64,000 nt of DNA. It comes from Macrostomum lignano (taxonomy: Eukaryota). Position 1 is the first letter of the stretch. Every line of letters begins with the position of its first letter. The notes beneath the pieces are model-generated. The model was not told where the DNA came from, did no database searches, and was given only the letters and a program-made list of their open reading frames with translations. Positions 11,389 to 24,890 of the stretch are shown here, piece after piece. The translations under genes were made by a program, and so were the position numbers. The DNA lies in NCBI GenBank assembly GCA_002269645.1, contig NIVC01002050.1, forward strand, positions 62,001-126,000, in the 5' to 3' direction.

Positions 11389-14300
11389 GATGGCGGCAAC
11401 TTAGCGAGGTTTGAAGTCATGGATGGCGTTTGAAGCCGGCTAGAGGGAGGCTGCAGCCGTCCTTGTAACCTCATATAGCGATGAGGCCGCCCGCGCACTG
11501 TCGCAGCCTTTCATTGGCTGTCAGCGCCTTTCCCAATTATTCTCAGTTCTATTTCTGCTTTTTCAGCATCGAGCATTTGTTCTTCCGTTCAGCATGCTGT
11601 ACTGCATCTAGATGTAGCTCGTAGAGAGCTTTCTCTTCCGGTTGTGGGGTGGTTGGATTTGGGGGATTCTGTCTCTCCAGAGCAGAGCAGGGAGGCTGGT
11701 TGAACTAGCGAGTAGAAAGTGAAATTTTATATAGGGCTGATTTTTGTCAAGTTTCTGCCATGAAAACGGTTGCACAGCCGTTCATGGGGGGTCGGAATTC
11801 TATTGCATCTCGGGCCGCGCAAAGATCCAGCTGGAGCCACAGAAAACCAAACCCAGCTTAATGTTGTCACAGCAAAATTATGGGACTGACTATTGCAACA
11901 AGCGGAAAAGCTCCCACTAGTCTTTTAGTGTTTAGTCTGAATCAGCCACGCTCTGTAGTCAGCGGGAGTTGAAACGAGGTTGAAACACACGGCAGACTGT
12001 CTAGAATGTCTATGGTCAAAAGCCCATTGATACAGTGCAAAGCCAGTGGCCGGGCACAAAGCGTATTTCACTCCCGCCGAGGCTGTCTATTGTAAATCCT
12101 CCACTTGGCGCTATTCCAACTGCAACACTAATACAGAGCCTGCCGTCTGTTGAGGGCCATAACGACCATAAACTATCTAACGCGTGCAATGTAGCAAAGG
12201 GTCAAAAAATTGAGTTAAGTGGAACTAAAGTAGGACGCTACACTCGCAACAAATTGACTATACTCACTTTCTGAACTTTCGATTTTCGATTAAAATACTC
12301 GTCAATACGCATTTTTCAGAGGTTCGCCATACTATATTTTTGAAATTCTACCCGAGACCGGCAAGTCAGCAAAGTTTTAGAGAAACTCCAGCTGTTCCGA
12401 CCTCTTTTATGCATTTTTTCTAAACGATCGAGCTTTGACTCGGACACAGAAGCAAAAATTATCGGAGAGCAATCCGAATTTGGTCGTTATGAGTGTTAAA
12501 TGATTTGAATCTTCAATTCAAATCAGTGCATATGCATAATTACTGTGCTGAGCCAACCCCCATCCCCGTCACTTAAAGTGTCAAGAAAACATCGATTTGT
12601 CGCTTGAGTTTTCGCATTTAAAATTCAGTTGACTCAGCTGTCTCACTAACTCAAGCTCAAATTCAGCTCCCAAGCAGACGAAAAATCCCCGCGGCTGGGG
12701 CAAATGAAGCGACAGGCTGCTGCTTCCGTAATTTGTTACTCTCGGTTGCTGCAGGTCTGGCGCGTTTGACGATGCTGTCAAAAAAATTCTCAGCGAGCAC
12801 TTTCTTAGTGACAACACAGCTCACCCAGTTCGCAGCGCTTTTGCAACCTTAAAAGCGCTATACACCCTTGCAGCAGCAACTGAAGACCTACACGCTTCCT
12901 CATCAATAATGCATTCTAGCAATGCAAAAAGCACATTGACGTCTAATTTAGTCTAGTGCAGTTTCTTCAGACTGTCGGGGGAAGCTTTCAAAGGAGAGCA
13001 ATGGGAACTCCATTTAGCCATGCTTTGCTGCAGGTCGGGCACTGTTTGAAATAAACCTTGCAACCAGTATCGAGCGCTCCCATGAAGGTATCCTATTCTT
13101 TCTGCTAACTAAACATTTATGAATAACCACGTGATGTCTCTCTGGCACTGCTTTTCATTCATTTTAAGCTAGCAAAGCTTAATATCAGTGGCATGCAGCC
13201 TCGGCTAGATGCTGCTGATTTAAAAATCAGGACAGCGATTCCAGCAAAAATGAGACACTCCGTTGCTTACAATAACTGCCTGTCTATCGCCAGTTTCGCT
13301 AAGCCAGTTTTAATTAAACCCAGAATTATAGTATAGTGCACAGTGTGGGCCTGCATACTACTATCAGTAGAATTAGCAGGAAAAAGCATTGAATCCGGAA
13401 ATTTCCCGTCGCAAAAACAAAAGGCGATGTGAATTTTGGTCTTGTCAAAGCACCCCCGTCAGTCGTTTGGGAAAAAGGTGCTGGCTGGCCCTTCTCGTGA
13501 ATACTTTATGTTGTGGTGCCCAGCTACCACGAGGACCTGTGGCTATATACACAGAGTACCTTATTTTCTCAGGGCGAATGGTTGTACGATTACATGGGTG
13601 ACTGTCGCAGAGGCGCTGGATGAAGCAGCTTTATAGATGCGACATTCTACATGCACACTGCACGCCGCCTTCAAGATCTCCCACGCCACCTACATGTACG
13701 TACCGTACCTAATCGACCCGGTGCTATACTTGGTTACTTTGATGCGACTTGTGGCAACTTTAACAAGTCGTCTGCACTAAGGCCTGCCTATTACCTAAGC
13801 CGGTACAAGAGGATTCCCAGCCTGCTCCTCAACTTGCAGTGCAACAGAGACCCGGAGTTAGCGAGTGGACTCTTAGGTCCATTCGCTGTGAATTATTGTG
13901 TTGAATTCGCACCTATTAGCCCAAGCCGCACCTTCTAATGGGGACTGCATGGCAACCAACGCTGTTTCATGTGGTGATTGAGATCGTCCCGAGATCGATC
14001 CTATACGATTTTGAGACTCTGGCAGATTTTTTGCAAATTCAGTGAGGCGCACATTCGAGCTAAACAACGCTGTTCCTGCTGTTTTTTTCCTGAAGCGTAT
14101 TTAGCAACGCGGCAGATTTTGTCTGCGTTGCCTCTCAATGTCAAGAGAATTAGGGGACAAAGCGACATGATATATGCATGAATTAATAGCTCACAGATGT
14201 ACCCCTGCATGTATAGAGAAATGAAAACCTACAAGAAAATATGCATTTGATAGGCAGTTACTATCGAAACGTTTTGATCGGGTAAATCTCTTCATTGAGA

Positions 14301-17042
14301 TTTACTGAGCATTGAGGGCGGGCTGATCTCGGCGAGCCTCGGCGGGCTGATCTCGGCGGGAAAAACTCGTGCTCCCAATTGGGCCCTTGGGGGAGGTGTT
14401 GCGCAACGCAATTCGCACATTTAAACAGGCCGTCCAAGACTTCAGACATGAGCCGTATCGAGAATGTCTCGTAGGGGACTTCGTAAAGCTAGGAGTTCAG
14501 CAGGGTGGCCCCGCAGAATGCTGAACAGTTGCGGAGCAACAGGCAGCTGCCCCCGAGAGTTCATCAACCTGCTGGTGACCAGGATGCCACGGCGAGTGAC
14601 GGCACACGATACTGAAACTAGCATTAAAGACATTTGCTTAACTTTTGTGCCATGCGTCAGTTGGGTGGGGGGTTGACTGTTGCGTGTTGCTGTCGAGTAT
14701 ATGGTTAATGCAGTTAGATATTGGATGTACAAGGACTATCTCTACCTATAAAAATCAAAACTTAAAATATATATTACATATTAGCGTCAAATCCCACGCT
14801 TTTTCGTCACCCAAGTATTGAACAATTTAAGTGACTTGGGTGTATACCTGCACTTTGGCTGCATTTCTCAACATTCCTCAGTTTGCTGAGCCCAAACTGA
14901 AACAGTCCCGGGGGTGCACAGCATGCGTCACTGCGAGCCACTCATTGCTTCACGCAAACGCAATCGCAGCGTCTGTAGTAGTATGCACTGAACAGACAGT
15001 TTGTGACGCTAAATTCTAAAAATAGTGTATGTACAAATGTACGCTCCCATGTTTTGTACCGTACAGTGCATTGGCAACAAATCTTGCTTCTTCTGTGCTA
15101 GAAAAGAAAGCAGAAATTTTTTTAGGTACGGCCAAGCTGTCGAGTGACAGTTTAGTTCAATGAAAATGGACTTTGCCTGTTTATCAGTGTACACTGCGTG
15201 AGTTCAGTCCTAGCTGAGGCCAGGCTCAAGGCTCTCTTGTTGCTAAGGCCCTGCCAGGGGTTGGGGGGGGGCTTGCCGTTCTCATGTCTGAGAAAAACCT
15301 CAGAAATAGGGGTGGTTCAGTGAGAAGTACTCTCGTAAAAATGTTACAACGATAACTATTGAACTAATAAGTGGAGTTTCAGATTCTTTTTTTGCTGAAT
15401 CATTATTGATTAACTAATTCGACTCGAATTACATCAGTCAAATAGGGATAATAAAATATTGATTGGATGGGGGGCGCCCTCGGGAGGCGCCATGGTGGGG
15501 GCGCCAGCACCAGAGGCGCCACAGCTGTTGTGAAGGGGCGCCATAGTTTTTGTTTTTGCCAGCCTATTGGTGGGGGCCAGGCCGTCTTCCACCTTGGCTA
15601 CGCCATTGGCAGTGCATTGATAGAAATTTAGCAGAAACGGAGTCAGTAGTTATAGAAATAATTACTGTAGAAATCAGTAGTTATTTCTACTGCTAGGGCG
15701 ATCTGGATATCAACGGAGGAGAGAAACTCGAAAAACTGCTTTCTTTTACTTAAAAAATCTTTTTAAAAGTCGTGACTGAGAATACAACTGAACAATCCTT
15801 ACATTTTTTTAGTCGGCACTATTTTTTGTACCACCCTAGGATGAATTGCACAATGTTGCATTGAATTGAATGAACTCACTGATGAAACACGTTGCAAGCA
15901 GTGTGTCACTCTGGAGGGAGTGGCAGGGTGGGCGGGCTACAGGGGGGGGGAGAGATTTAGGCAGACAAGGAGAGAAACTGAGAAAAGTACACTGAAGAGT
16001 TTGTGCGGCTGCTATTGATCGCCACAGCGTACACAGGGGGTCCACTGTACACCGATTTAATTCAAGAATGTGGGGTTGGCGTTTCCACAGCCCTATTTAT
16101 CTCGGCAAGCCCTCATACGTAGCGCCCGCCTTTCAGTGAACCCTCAAGCCGTTAGCGCTAAAGGTTTGGCTCAGTTGGCCTACACTCTACATTAAGTTTT
16201 AGGTGAGTTTATTATTTTTGCGCGGAGTCTCCATAATAACATTTACATACCAAGTAATATATTTCAGTTTCTGATTCTGTCTAAGCTGCTACTTAGTATC
16301 GTGTACTACTTTCGTATACTTTGAAATTGAACTATTAACCCTGCTTCACAGTTTAACCCTGTGAAGCAGAAATAGTGAAACAGTAGTTTCGAAAGAAGTA
16401 CATTTCACGTGGGGGCCGTGGGCCGTGGGGGTGTCTTAGTAATTAATATACTATTAATAATATTCGTCTTTTTGGTAAGAAAAGCGTGTTTAATACTTCG
16501 AATTTCAGTTCAGTGACGCTTAGCTTCGTCAAAAGTAAGTTACACAAGTTCTACATATACGAAGTATAATGCTTCTAGGCCTTGTGGGCTATTGGCACTT
16601 TTTCACTGCATGTACTACTCTTAGTACGCAGATTTTGCACAAATTTTTACAATATCGCCTTGGTTGGGGTATTCACCCAGCCATCAAATATTATCATTAG
16701 ACATTATTAGCGAGTGCTGGTTTTTTACTCCATATTTTTTTTGTCTCACCTGTTTTCTTGATTCGCATACTTTCCGTCCGTAGCAACCCGTGCTAAAATT
16801 TTATTTGCACAATTCCAGTTATAACGTTTATTGAAAATCGAAATACGAGCTTTTTTGTTATTTTGCACTCACTCAATTGATTTAATTCCGGAAATTTTCT
16901 GATCTGAATTTGTTTATGAATATACGCTCGTACGTTACGAGTAGTTAGCATCGTCTCTGCTCCCGATTTTTACATAAATCCCAAAACGGATTTTTAAATA
17001 GTTAACCAACTGCCTGTCCGTGCAATTTCAGTTTAAAGAATA

Positions 17043-20000
17043 ATGAGCAAGAAGGGACCGCAGATGCCTGACGATTCAAGCCTGTTCCGCATTCCACCGT
17101 TCTACTATGTGCATGTGCTGGACCAGAACACCAATGTGACCCGCATCGAGATCGGGCCCAGAACTTTCGTTCGCCAAGACAATGAACGAGTGGTGCTGGG
17201 CCCAGAGAAAATGGTTACTGTGCCGCCTAGGCACTATTGCGTCATCGAGAATCCGGTTTTTAAAGACGAGGATGCCAAGGTTGGTTTTTTACTGCACTAA
17301 TTGCTTTATCATGTGCCCTCGCTTAGCAATGAGCAGCCAATTCAGAAGCATATATGTATATATTATCATAATTAGTTGTATTTATTTAAATCAGTTACTT
17401 CAACGTGAAGTCAAAGGCTACTGCTTGTAGACTGTAAGCTTGTAATTTACTTTGTCTTAGAAACTGGATAAGAGCCGGAATGATTTCTAGGAAACCCGGA
17501 TAAAGTTTTAAAAGTGAAAGTTTCTAAGAAACGAATACGATTTCTAAGAATTCTCGGATTAGTAAAGACAATGAATAGCATACTATTTATAACAAACTTA
17601 AATAACCAACTGATTTATAAGAAACCATATTTTTTCAAGAACATTCGGCTTTTTCTATATGACTATATGAAGCTTGAATCAAGTCTTATGAAGTAGCTCG
17701 TATTGTGTTCTATGAGCTAAATTGGCCAATTAAGTTGTCAATTTGGTCTCAGTTTGCTCTTATCGTTAACTTGCGCTTATCGGATTTTAGTCTGCTTTCT
17801 ATATACCTCGTATGATAAGGATTTGTTTGCCAAAAAATTTGAAGTACAGGTGTGGCTCGGTGAATCATAAGTTTCTAACGGAACTCTCGACTAATAAATC
17901 GAAGCGGTGAAAAGTGAAAACTTGCCTAGCCTAGTCACATTGACGATTCTTAATTAGAACTCGCGTCTGCCTAGCCCTGAGCCAAAATGGTTTTCACGTA
18001 GACAGAATGAATATTGGACTAGTGCAGGGGTCGGTAATCTCCGGCCCCCGGGCCACATGACATGCGGCATGATGCGCGGCTTGAAGCCTCTCTATTCGGC
18101 CCTCGGGTCCTTTGAAACTTAAAACTAGCAATCCGGCTCAGGATATGTCTCTTCTCAGCTCCCTTCTCTTCCCTCTTCTCTTCTCTCTCCACTATCTCCT
18201 CTTCTCTCATCTCTATTTGTCATCTCGCTCGCAACAATGGCCTGTTATTCTCTACTTGGTCCTTTCTGTAAAAAAGCTTGCCTCTAGTGGAAGTCGAGTC
18301 CGCACTTTTCACAGTCTAATTCGGAATCCATCTTAAGCTTAGTGATAAGTTGATGGTCGATTACAATCGCAACTATGCTTATTGACAGTCGATTTTACGA
18401 TTACGGTAACATGACTTTAGAATGTAGAAAGAAATGGAGTAGACTAAAAAGTAGACAGTAAGACAGCCAACTGTAGACAGACTTTAGATAGTAGACTGTA
18501 CATGTAGACAGTAGACTGTAAATAGTGGACAGTAGACAGCAATCTGTAGACAGTAGACAGACATGGTTCACTCAGAATGAAAGACAGAACTGTACGTGAC
18601 GCGCTATTTCAACACCTTCCCTGCACCCGGCCAGGTGGTGTACGATGAATTCGGTCAGGTGAAGCTGGCCCACGCCGACCAGGAGATCCGCATGGCGCAG
18701 GACCCGTTCCCCCTGTACCCTGGCGAGATTCTCAAGGTCGGCGTGTCGCCGCTGCGCATTGTGCCGCCAAACTCGGCCCTGCGCCTCAAGGCCCAGCTGG
18801 ATTTCACCGACGAGGCCGACGTGACGCGGGTGGCCGGCGACGAGTGGCTGTTCGAAGGCCCCGGCACCTACCTGCCACGCAAGGAGGTCACCGTTGAGGA
18901 GGTGGTTCGCGCCACCATTATCCGGCCTAACCAGGTGAGCCGGCTAATTACGCAATAGAAATTCCCTTTGTCCTTCGGGCTTTTCTCATTGATCATCCCG
19001 ACGGACCTTCTGGACCTTCACAACAGGTGCTATCACTATTCGCGCTACTAGGAGTAGACTCCTCAGAACACCCATTTTTATTAACCTTGACTTGAACCCC
19101 ATCTGCCCCCCTCCCCCCTACTCAGGCGCTGCGCCTACGCGCTCGCAAGGAGTGCAAGGACCGGGACGGCCGGCCCCGCGTCTGCGGCGAAGAGTGGATC
19201 GTGAAGGTGAGCGGCGCCTACCTGCCGGGCGCCTACGAGGAGGTGGTTGCCACGGTCGAGGCGCACATTCTCACCGAGAAGAAGGCGCTACACATGCGCG
19301 CCCTGCGCACCTTTGTTGATGAGTTCCGCAAGACGCGCAAGTCTGGCGAGGAATGGCTCATCACCCTGTCGGACACGGATTCGCACATCACCGGTGAGAG
19401 CGGCCGTCGTGCTTACTGTTGGCTTATTAATAACAATAGTATCGATATTGTACGATTAGTAGTCAGTATTATTCATTTGAGCGTTATCATGGGCGCCAGC
19501 ACCCTGGCATCTCAGCAATTCCCCTGTGAGCCTTGGCATCTCAGCAATGCCCACGTGAGCCTTGGCATCTCAGCAATTCCCATCTCAGCATTTCCATCGT
19601 GAGTTTTGGATCAGGATTTTGAGGAAATAATGAGATGAAGAGAGTTTATTAAGAACTAGGAAATGTGAACTTAACTGTCAACTCGAACTGTCAATTCTCT
19701 CCTGCGCATTTCCGCTAATCTTATAGGCGTCCACGAAGAAGTGGTCGGCGTCATCAACATCACGACGCTGAACAACCGACAGTACTGCGTCATCTGCGAC
19801 CCCTGCGACGCGGAGGGCAAGCCGCAGCTGGGCAAGAAGAAGCTGGTCCGGGGCGAGCGCTCCTTTTTCCTGCTGCCCGGCGAGAGTCTGGAGAAGGGCA
19901 TTCAGAGTGTCTACGTGCTGAGCGAGAACGAGGGCCTGATCCTGCGCGCTCTGGAGGAGTTCAAAGAGACCGCCGACAAGGTGCGCAAGCCCGGCGACCG

Positions 20001-22528
20001 CTGGATGATCCGCGGCCCAGTTGAATACGTGCCGCCCGTTGAAGTCGACGTCGTCTGCAAGCGGACGGCTATCCCGCTGGACGTTAACGAGGGCATCTAC
20101 GTGCGCGACATCAAGTCCGGCAAGGTGCGCTGCGTCTCCGGCGAGACGTACATGCTGAGCCACGACGAGGAGCTGTGGGAGAAGCACCTGCCACCGGCCG
20201 TCGAGACCCTGCTGGCCTCGCAGAAGGACCCCCTGGCCGACAGGTCGGACCGGAGCAAGCACGACGCCGAGTCCAAGCAGCGGGACCGCACGCGCAGCGT
20301 CACCCTGCGCGTGCCGCACAACGCCGCAGTGCAGATCTACGACTACAAGGCCAAGGTGGCCCGCGTGGTGTTCGGCCCCGAGCTGGTCATGCTCAACCCT
20401 GATGAGCAGTTCACCCAGCTCTCATTGTCCGGCGGCAAGCCCAAGAAGCCCAACGTGATCAAGTCGCTATGCCTGCTGCTCGGCCCCGACTTCTGCACCG
20501 ACATCATCACCCTGGAGACCTCCGACCACGCCAGGCTGCAAATCCAGCTGTCCTACAACTGGCACTTCGACACCAGCAAGTGCATCGCCGACGCCAAGGA
20601 GGCTGCCAAGCTGTTCTCCGTGCCCGACTTTGTCGGCGACATGTGCAAGGCCGTGGCCAGCCGGGTGCGCGGCGCCGTTGCGGCTGTCGGCTTCGACGAT
20701 TTCCATCGCAATTCGGCGCGCATCATCCGCGGCGCGCTGTTCGGCTTCAGCGAGCAGGGCAAGATCCGGGACGAGTTCCGCATGCCGCAGAACAACCTGG
20801 TCATCACCTCGGTGGACATCCAGAATGTGGAGCCGGTGGAGCAGCGGACCCGCGACGCGCTGCAGAAGTCCGTGCAGCTAGCCATCGAGATCACCACCAA
20901 CTCGCAGGAGGCCACGGCCAGGCAGGAGGCCGAGCGGCTCGAGCAGGAGGCCCGCGGCAAGCTGGAGCGCCAGAAGATCTCAGACGAGGCTGAGGCTGAG
21001 AAGTCCAGGCGGGAGCTGCTGGAGCTGCAGGTGCGTTTGCCCGAAGTGTTACCTGTGCTGTTCTGGAAAGCTCACTCACTCTACTCAGTGTCTGTTAACT
21101 GTTTCTGTAATAGGTTTCTTAACTCATCCCCACTCACCCAACAAGCTTCCCAAGCCACAATAAGCTCCCAAGCCACAATAAGCTCCCAAGCCACAATAAG
21201 CTCCCATGTCACAATAAGCTCTTAAGCCTTAATAAGCTCCCAAGCCACAATAAGCTCCCAAGCCACAATAAGCTCTTAAGCCTCAATAAGCTCCCATGTC
21301 ACAATGAGCTCCCAAGCCACAATAAGCTCTTAAGCCTCAATAAGCTCCCAAGCCACAATGAGCTCCCATGTCACAATAAACTCCCAAGCCACAATAAGCT
21401 CCCAAGTCACAATAAGCTCCCATGTCACAATGAGCTCCCAAGCCACAATAAGCTCCCAAGCCACAATAAGCTCTTAAGCCTCAATAAGCTCCCAAGCCAC
21501 AATGAGCTCCCATGTCACAATAAGCTCTCAAGTCACAATGAGCTCCCAAGCCACAATAAGCTCCCAAGCCACAATAAGCTCCCAAGCCACAATAAGCTCT
21601 TAAGCCTCAATAAGCTCCCAAGCGACAATAAGCTCTTAAGCCACAATAAGCTCCCAAGCCACAATAAGCTCCCAAGCCACAATAAGCTCCCAAGCCACAA
21701 TAAGCTCTTAAGCCACAATAAGCTCCCCAAGCCACAATAAGCTCTTAAGCCACAATAAGCTCTTAAGCCACAATAAGCTCCCAAGTCACAATGAGCTCCC
21801 CAACCCACCCGTCCCATCTTCGCCAGGCTCACTCGGCGGCCGTGGAGAGCACCGGCCAGGCGAAGGCGGAGGCGCAGTCCCGCGCGGAGGCGGCCCGCAT
21901 CGAGGGCCAGGCGGCCGTGGAGCAGGCCCGCCTGCGTTCCGAGGCCCTGGGCATCGAGTCCACCGCCGAGCTGGAGCGGGTGAAGCTGGCCCGCGAGGCC
22001 GAGCTGGCCTACCAGCGCGAGCAGAACGACCTAGACGTGACGCGCCAGAAGGAGCTTTCGGAGATCGAAGTGGAAAAGTTCAAGCGCTTCGTGGACGCCA
22101 TCGGCACCGACACCCTCCGGGCTATGGCCAACGCCGGGCCGGAGATGCAGGTGGGTGGTGCGGGGATTGTGATGCAGGAACTGGGATGCAGGAAGTGGGA
22201 TGCAGGAGTCGGGATGCAGGAAGTGGGATGCAGGAAGTGGGATGCAGGAAGTGGGATGCAGGAAGTGGGATGCAGGAAGTGGGATGCTGGAGTCGATATG
22301 CGGGTATCGGGATCTTCAAAGACAGATAGACAAACAAGAACTTAGTCCCGAATTTCTGTACATCACTCTCTCTAGGTGAAGATGCTGCAGAGCCTGGGCC
22401 TGAAGTCCACGCTGATCACGGACGGCAACTCGCCCATCAACCTGTTCAGCACCGCGCACGGCCTGATTGGTGGCGAGATGATGTCCCGGATGCAGCGTGA
22501 CCGGGGCTCCGAGCACGTGCCCGAATGA
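17043..22528 (+). CDS. MVP: Major vault protein, complete, 6 exons, 861 aa
   Basis: Exons 17043-17279, 18635-18934, 19126-19393, 19727-21030, 21827-22150, 22376-22528 (all GT-AG, phases match, total 2586 nt). Hallmarks: [78 protein letters not shown], cap helix, [23 protein letters not shown]. Confidence 0.97.
21145..21800. repeat. 18-bp minisatellite filling MVP intron 4
   Basis: Unit ATAAGCTCCCAAGCCACA with variants, ending ~26 nt before the acceptor at 21826. Confidence 0.95.
22170..22290. repeat. 14-bp minisatellite in MVP intron 5
   Basis: Unit GGATGCAGGAAGTG starting ~20 nt after the donor. Confidence 0.9.
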
Positions 22529-23919
22529 GCGGGGCGGCCTCGATTAAGCGGATTTCAATTCTGAAACCCACCTATGTCACTTTTTATGGGACCTATTCTC
22601 ATTGATGATTTCAATATAAAGTGTTCAACCAGACACTAGCTGACTGGCCTTGCAGGTCCACTTACAATTTACCATGACATCCAGTTGAAAAACGTTGCCC
22701 TGACCAGAATCGCTCAAGAGTAATCGCAAACAACTCACTAGTGACTCTTGTGACTCTTCATTGCAATACGACGGTGACGCGACTGTTGAGTCACGAGCGC
22801 GTCACGTGAGTTGCAGAATCGTAAAACCCAAGCCGCAAAAAGTCGTCCGAGAGCCGTTGTGTTAGCGCTTTAATTTCTACTAACTCGAGTAGACTAAATA
22901 GAGTTGTCATAAATGCAAAAAGCGATTCCAATTCATAAAGCAGATGCGCTTTAGACGCAACCCAGTGATTCTACAGCGACTCTGGCACGTCTCAGATCCG
23001 ACTCTACGGCCCCAGAGTCATTTCAGAGTCGCAGGCAATAGAACGCCTCAAATTGACTCTTAGGTGACTCTTTGACGACTTTTTGGCGACTATCAGACTG
23101 GAACTTGTAGGATTGCTAGGGATGGAACAGCTCCGCCCGCGGTGCACCCTGCGACCCCATTTTACTCCAAGCCCAACCAGAGTTAGGTAAACTAGTATCT
23201 ATATACACTGAACATTTAATATAACAGTTTATTCAAGCGCGTATAAAACCCACACTGTCTGCTATTTTGCGACTCCTCATATTTCTTTTTGAATTTTGTT
23301 TGCCCATTCAATAATAGATATACCTGCACCACCTGTTGGCACAATACAATTCTTTTTCCCATGGTTATTCTTTCTCTTATTCCGACATCCGGTACTTATC
23401 ACTATTTTAGTTTTTTTCTATCGTTCTCGCTCTATCGATTCCCTCAACCCAAATCGGTCTTTGAGTCTTAACTCGTTAATGAAGCTTTTGCTGCTTGATG
23501 AATAGTTTTGAATACGGCTTCAAGAGAGTAATAGAGTCCGATATGAGTTCTGAGCTCTCTGGGTCAGCCGAGGGCCGAGGCCTCACCACCAGGCATGGCT
23601 GTGCGTGACTATTTTATCTCTCTTTAACATATTTTTGCGCGTGTGTGTGCCTTTTGACTTTTCTAACCAGAGCCGAGAAATTTACTTCTTTTCTCCCGTT
23701 GCATTCTGTAGTTTAAACAAAAGTGTGTTTTTTGTTACTCTTCAATCAAGATTAGCGTCATTCTAGCTAGGTTAATCTAATAAACAAAATTTTTACACTA
23801 GCTTATTTCTCTGCACTTTTTGTTTTGTTTTAATCATTGACTTTACCACCGGCCATTTAGTCAGCAAATCACGTGACCTACACGGCATCGCACATGCCAC
23901 TATTTTAGGATGCTTGAGG

Positions 23920-24890
23920 AGGCATTAGACCGTATGAATAAAATTGTCAGGACTCTTAGGTTGCTTGAAGACGGCATTGTGTCAGAACTTTAGGATGCTT
24001 GAAGGCGGCATTGTGTCAGAACTCTAGAATGCCTGAGGAAGGCGTTGTGTCAGGACTCTCAGGATGCTTGAAGGAGGCATTGTGTCAGAACTCTCAGGAT
24101 GCTTGGAGGCATTATGTCAGGACTCTCAGGACGCTTGAAGAAGTTATTGTGTCAACTCTAGGATGCTTGAATAAGGCATTCTAGGATGCTTGAAGGAGGC
24201 ATTGTGTCAGAACTCTAGGATGCTTGAATAAGGCATTCTAGGATGCTTGAAGGAGGCATTGTGTCAGAACTCTAGGATGCTTGAATAAGGCATTCTAGGA
24301 TGCTTGAAGGAGGCATTGTGTCAGAACTCTAGGATGCTTGAATAAGGCATTCTAGGATGCTTGAAGGAGGCATTGTGTCAGAACTCTCAGGATGCTTGGA
24401 GGCATTATGTCAGGACTCTCAGGACGCTTGAAGAAGTTATTGTGTCAACTCTAGGATGCTTGAATAAGGCATTCTAGGATGCTTGAAGGAGGCATTGTGT
24501 CAGAACTCTAGGATGCTTGAATAAGGCATTCTAGGATGCTTGAAGGAGGCATTGTGTCAGAACTCTAGGATGCTTGAATAAGGCATTCTAGGATGCTTGA
24601 AGGAGGCATTGTGTCAGAACTCTAGGATGCTTGAATAAGGCATTCTAGGATGCTTGAAGGAGGCATTGTGTCAGAACTCTAGGATGCTTGAATAAGGCAT
24701 TCTAGGATGCTTGAAGGAGGCATTGTGTCAGAACTCTAGGATGCTTGAAGGAGGCATTCTAGGATGCTTGAAGGAGGCATTGTGTCAGAACTCTAGGATG
24801 CTTGAATAAGGCATTCTAGGATGCTTTAAGGAGGCATTGTGTCAGAACTCTAGGATGCTTGAATAAGGCATTCAAGGATGCTTGAAGGCA
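23920..24890. repeat. 57-bp higher-order tandem repeat (34+23-bp subunits)
   Basis: CTAGGATGCTTGAAGGAGGCATTGTGTCAGAACT alternates with CTAGGATGCTTGAATAAGGCATT; period 57 (24181 to 24238). Confidence 0.95.

Noticed and set aside
13389-14732. Short ORFs with faint similarity to transposon-associated domains (e.g. CGYIHRVPYFLRANGCTIT, HIRAN-like)
   Set aside because: Too short and interrupted to support a call without a database search
15470-15610. GGCGCC-rich segment ending CTACGCCATTG (hAT-MITE-like right end); similar lone left end at about 18029
   Set aside because: Matching opposite terminus and target duplication not found
19671-21079. Several minus-strand ORFs over MVP exon 4, and plus-strand ORFs over the LINE (32346-37155)
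   Set aside because: Antisense shadows of GC-rich coding sequence with no recognisable motifs
23920-24890. Regularly spaced repeats superficially like CRISPR arrays (also 44740-46205 and 63172-63696)
   Set aside because: No unique spacers, head-to-tail units, eukaryotic context and no cas genes
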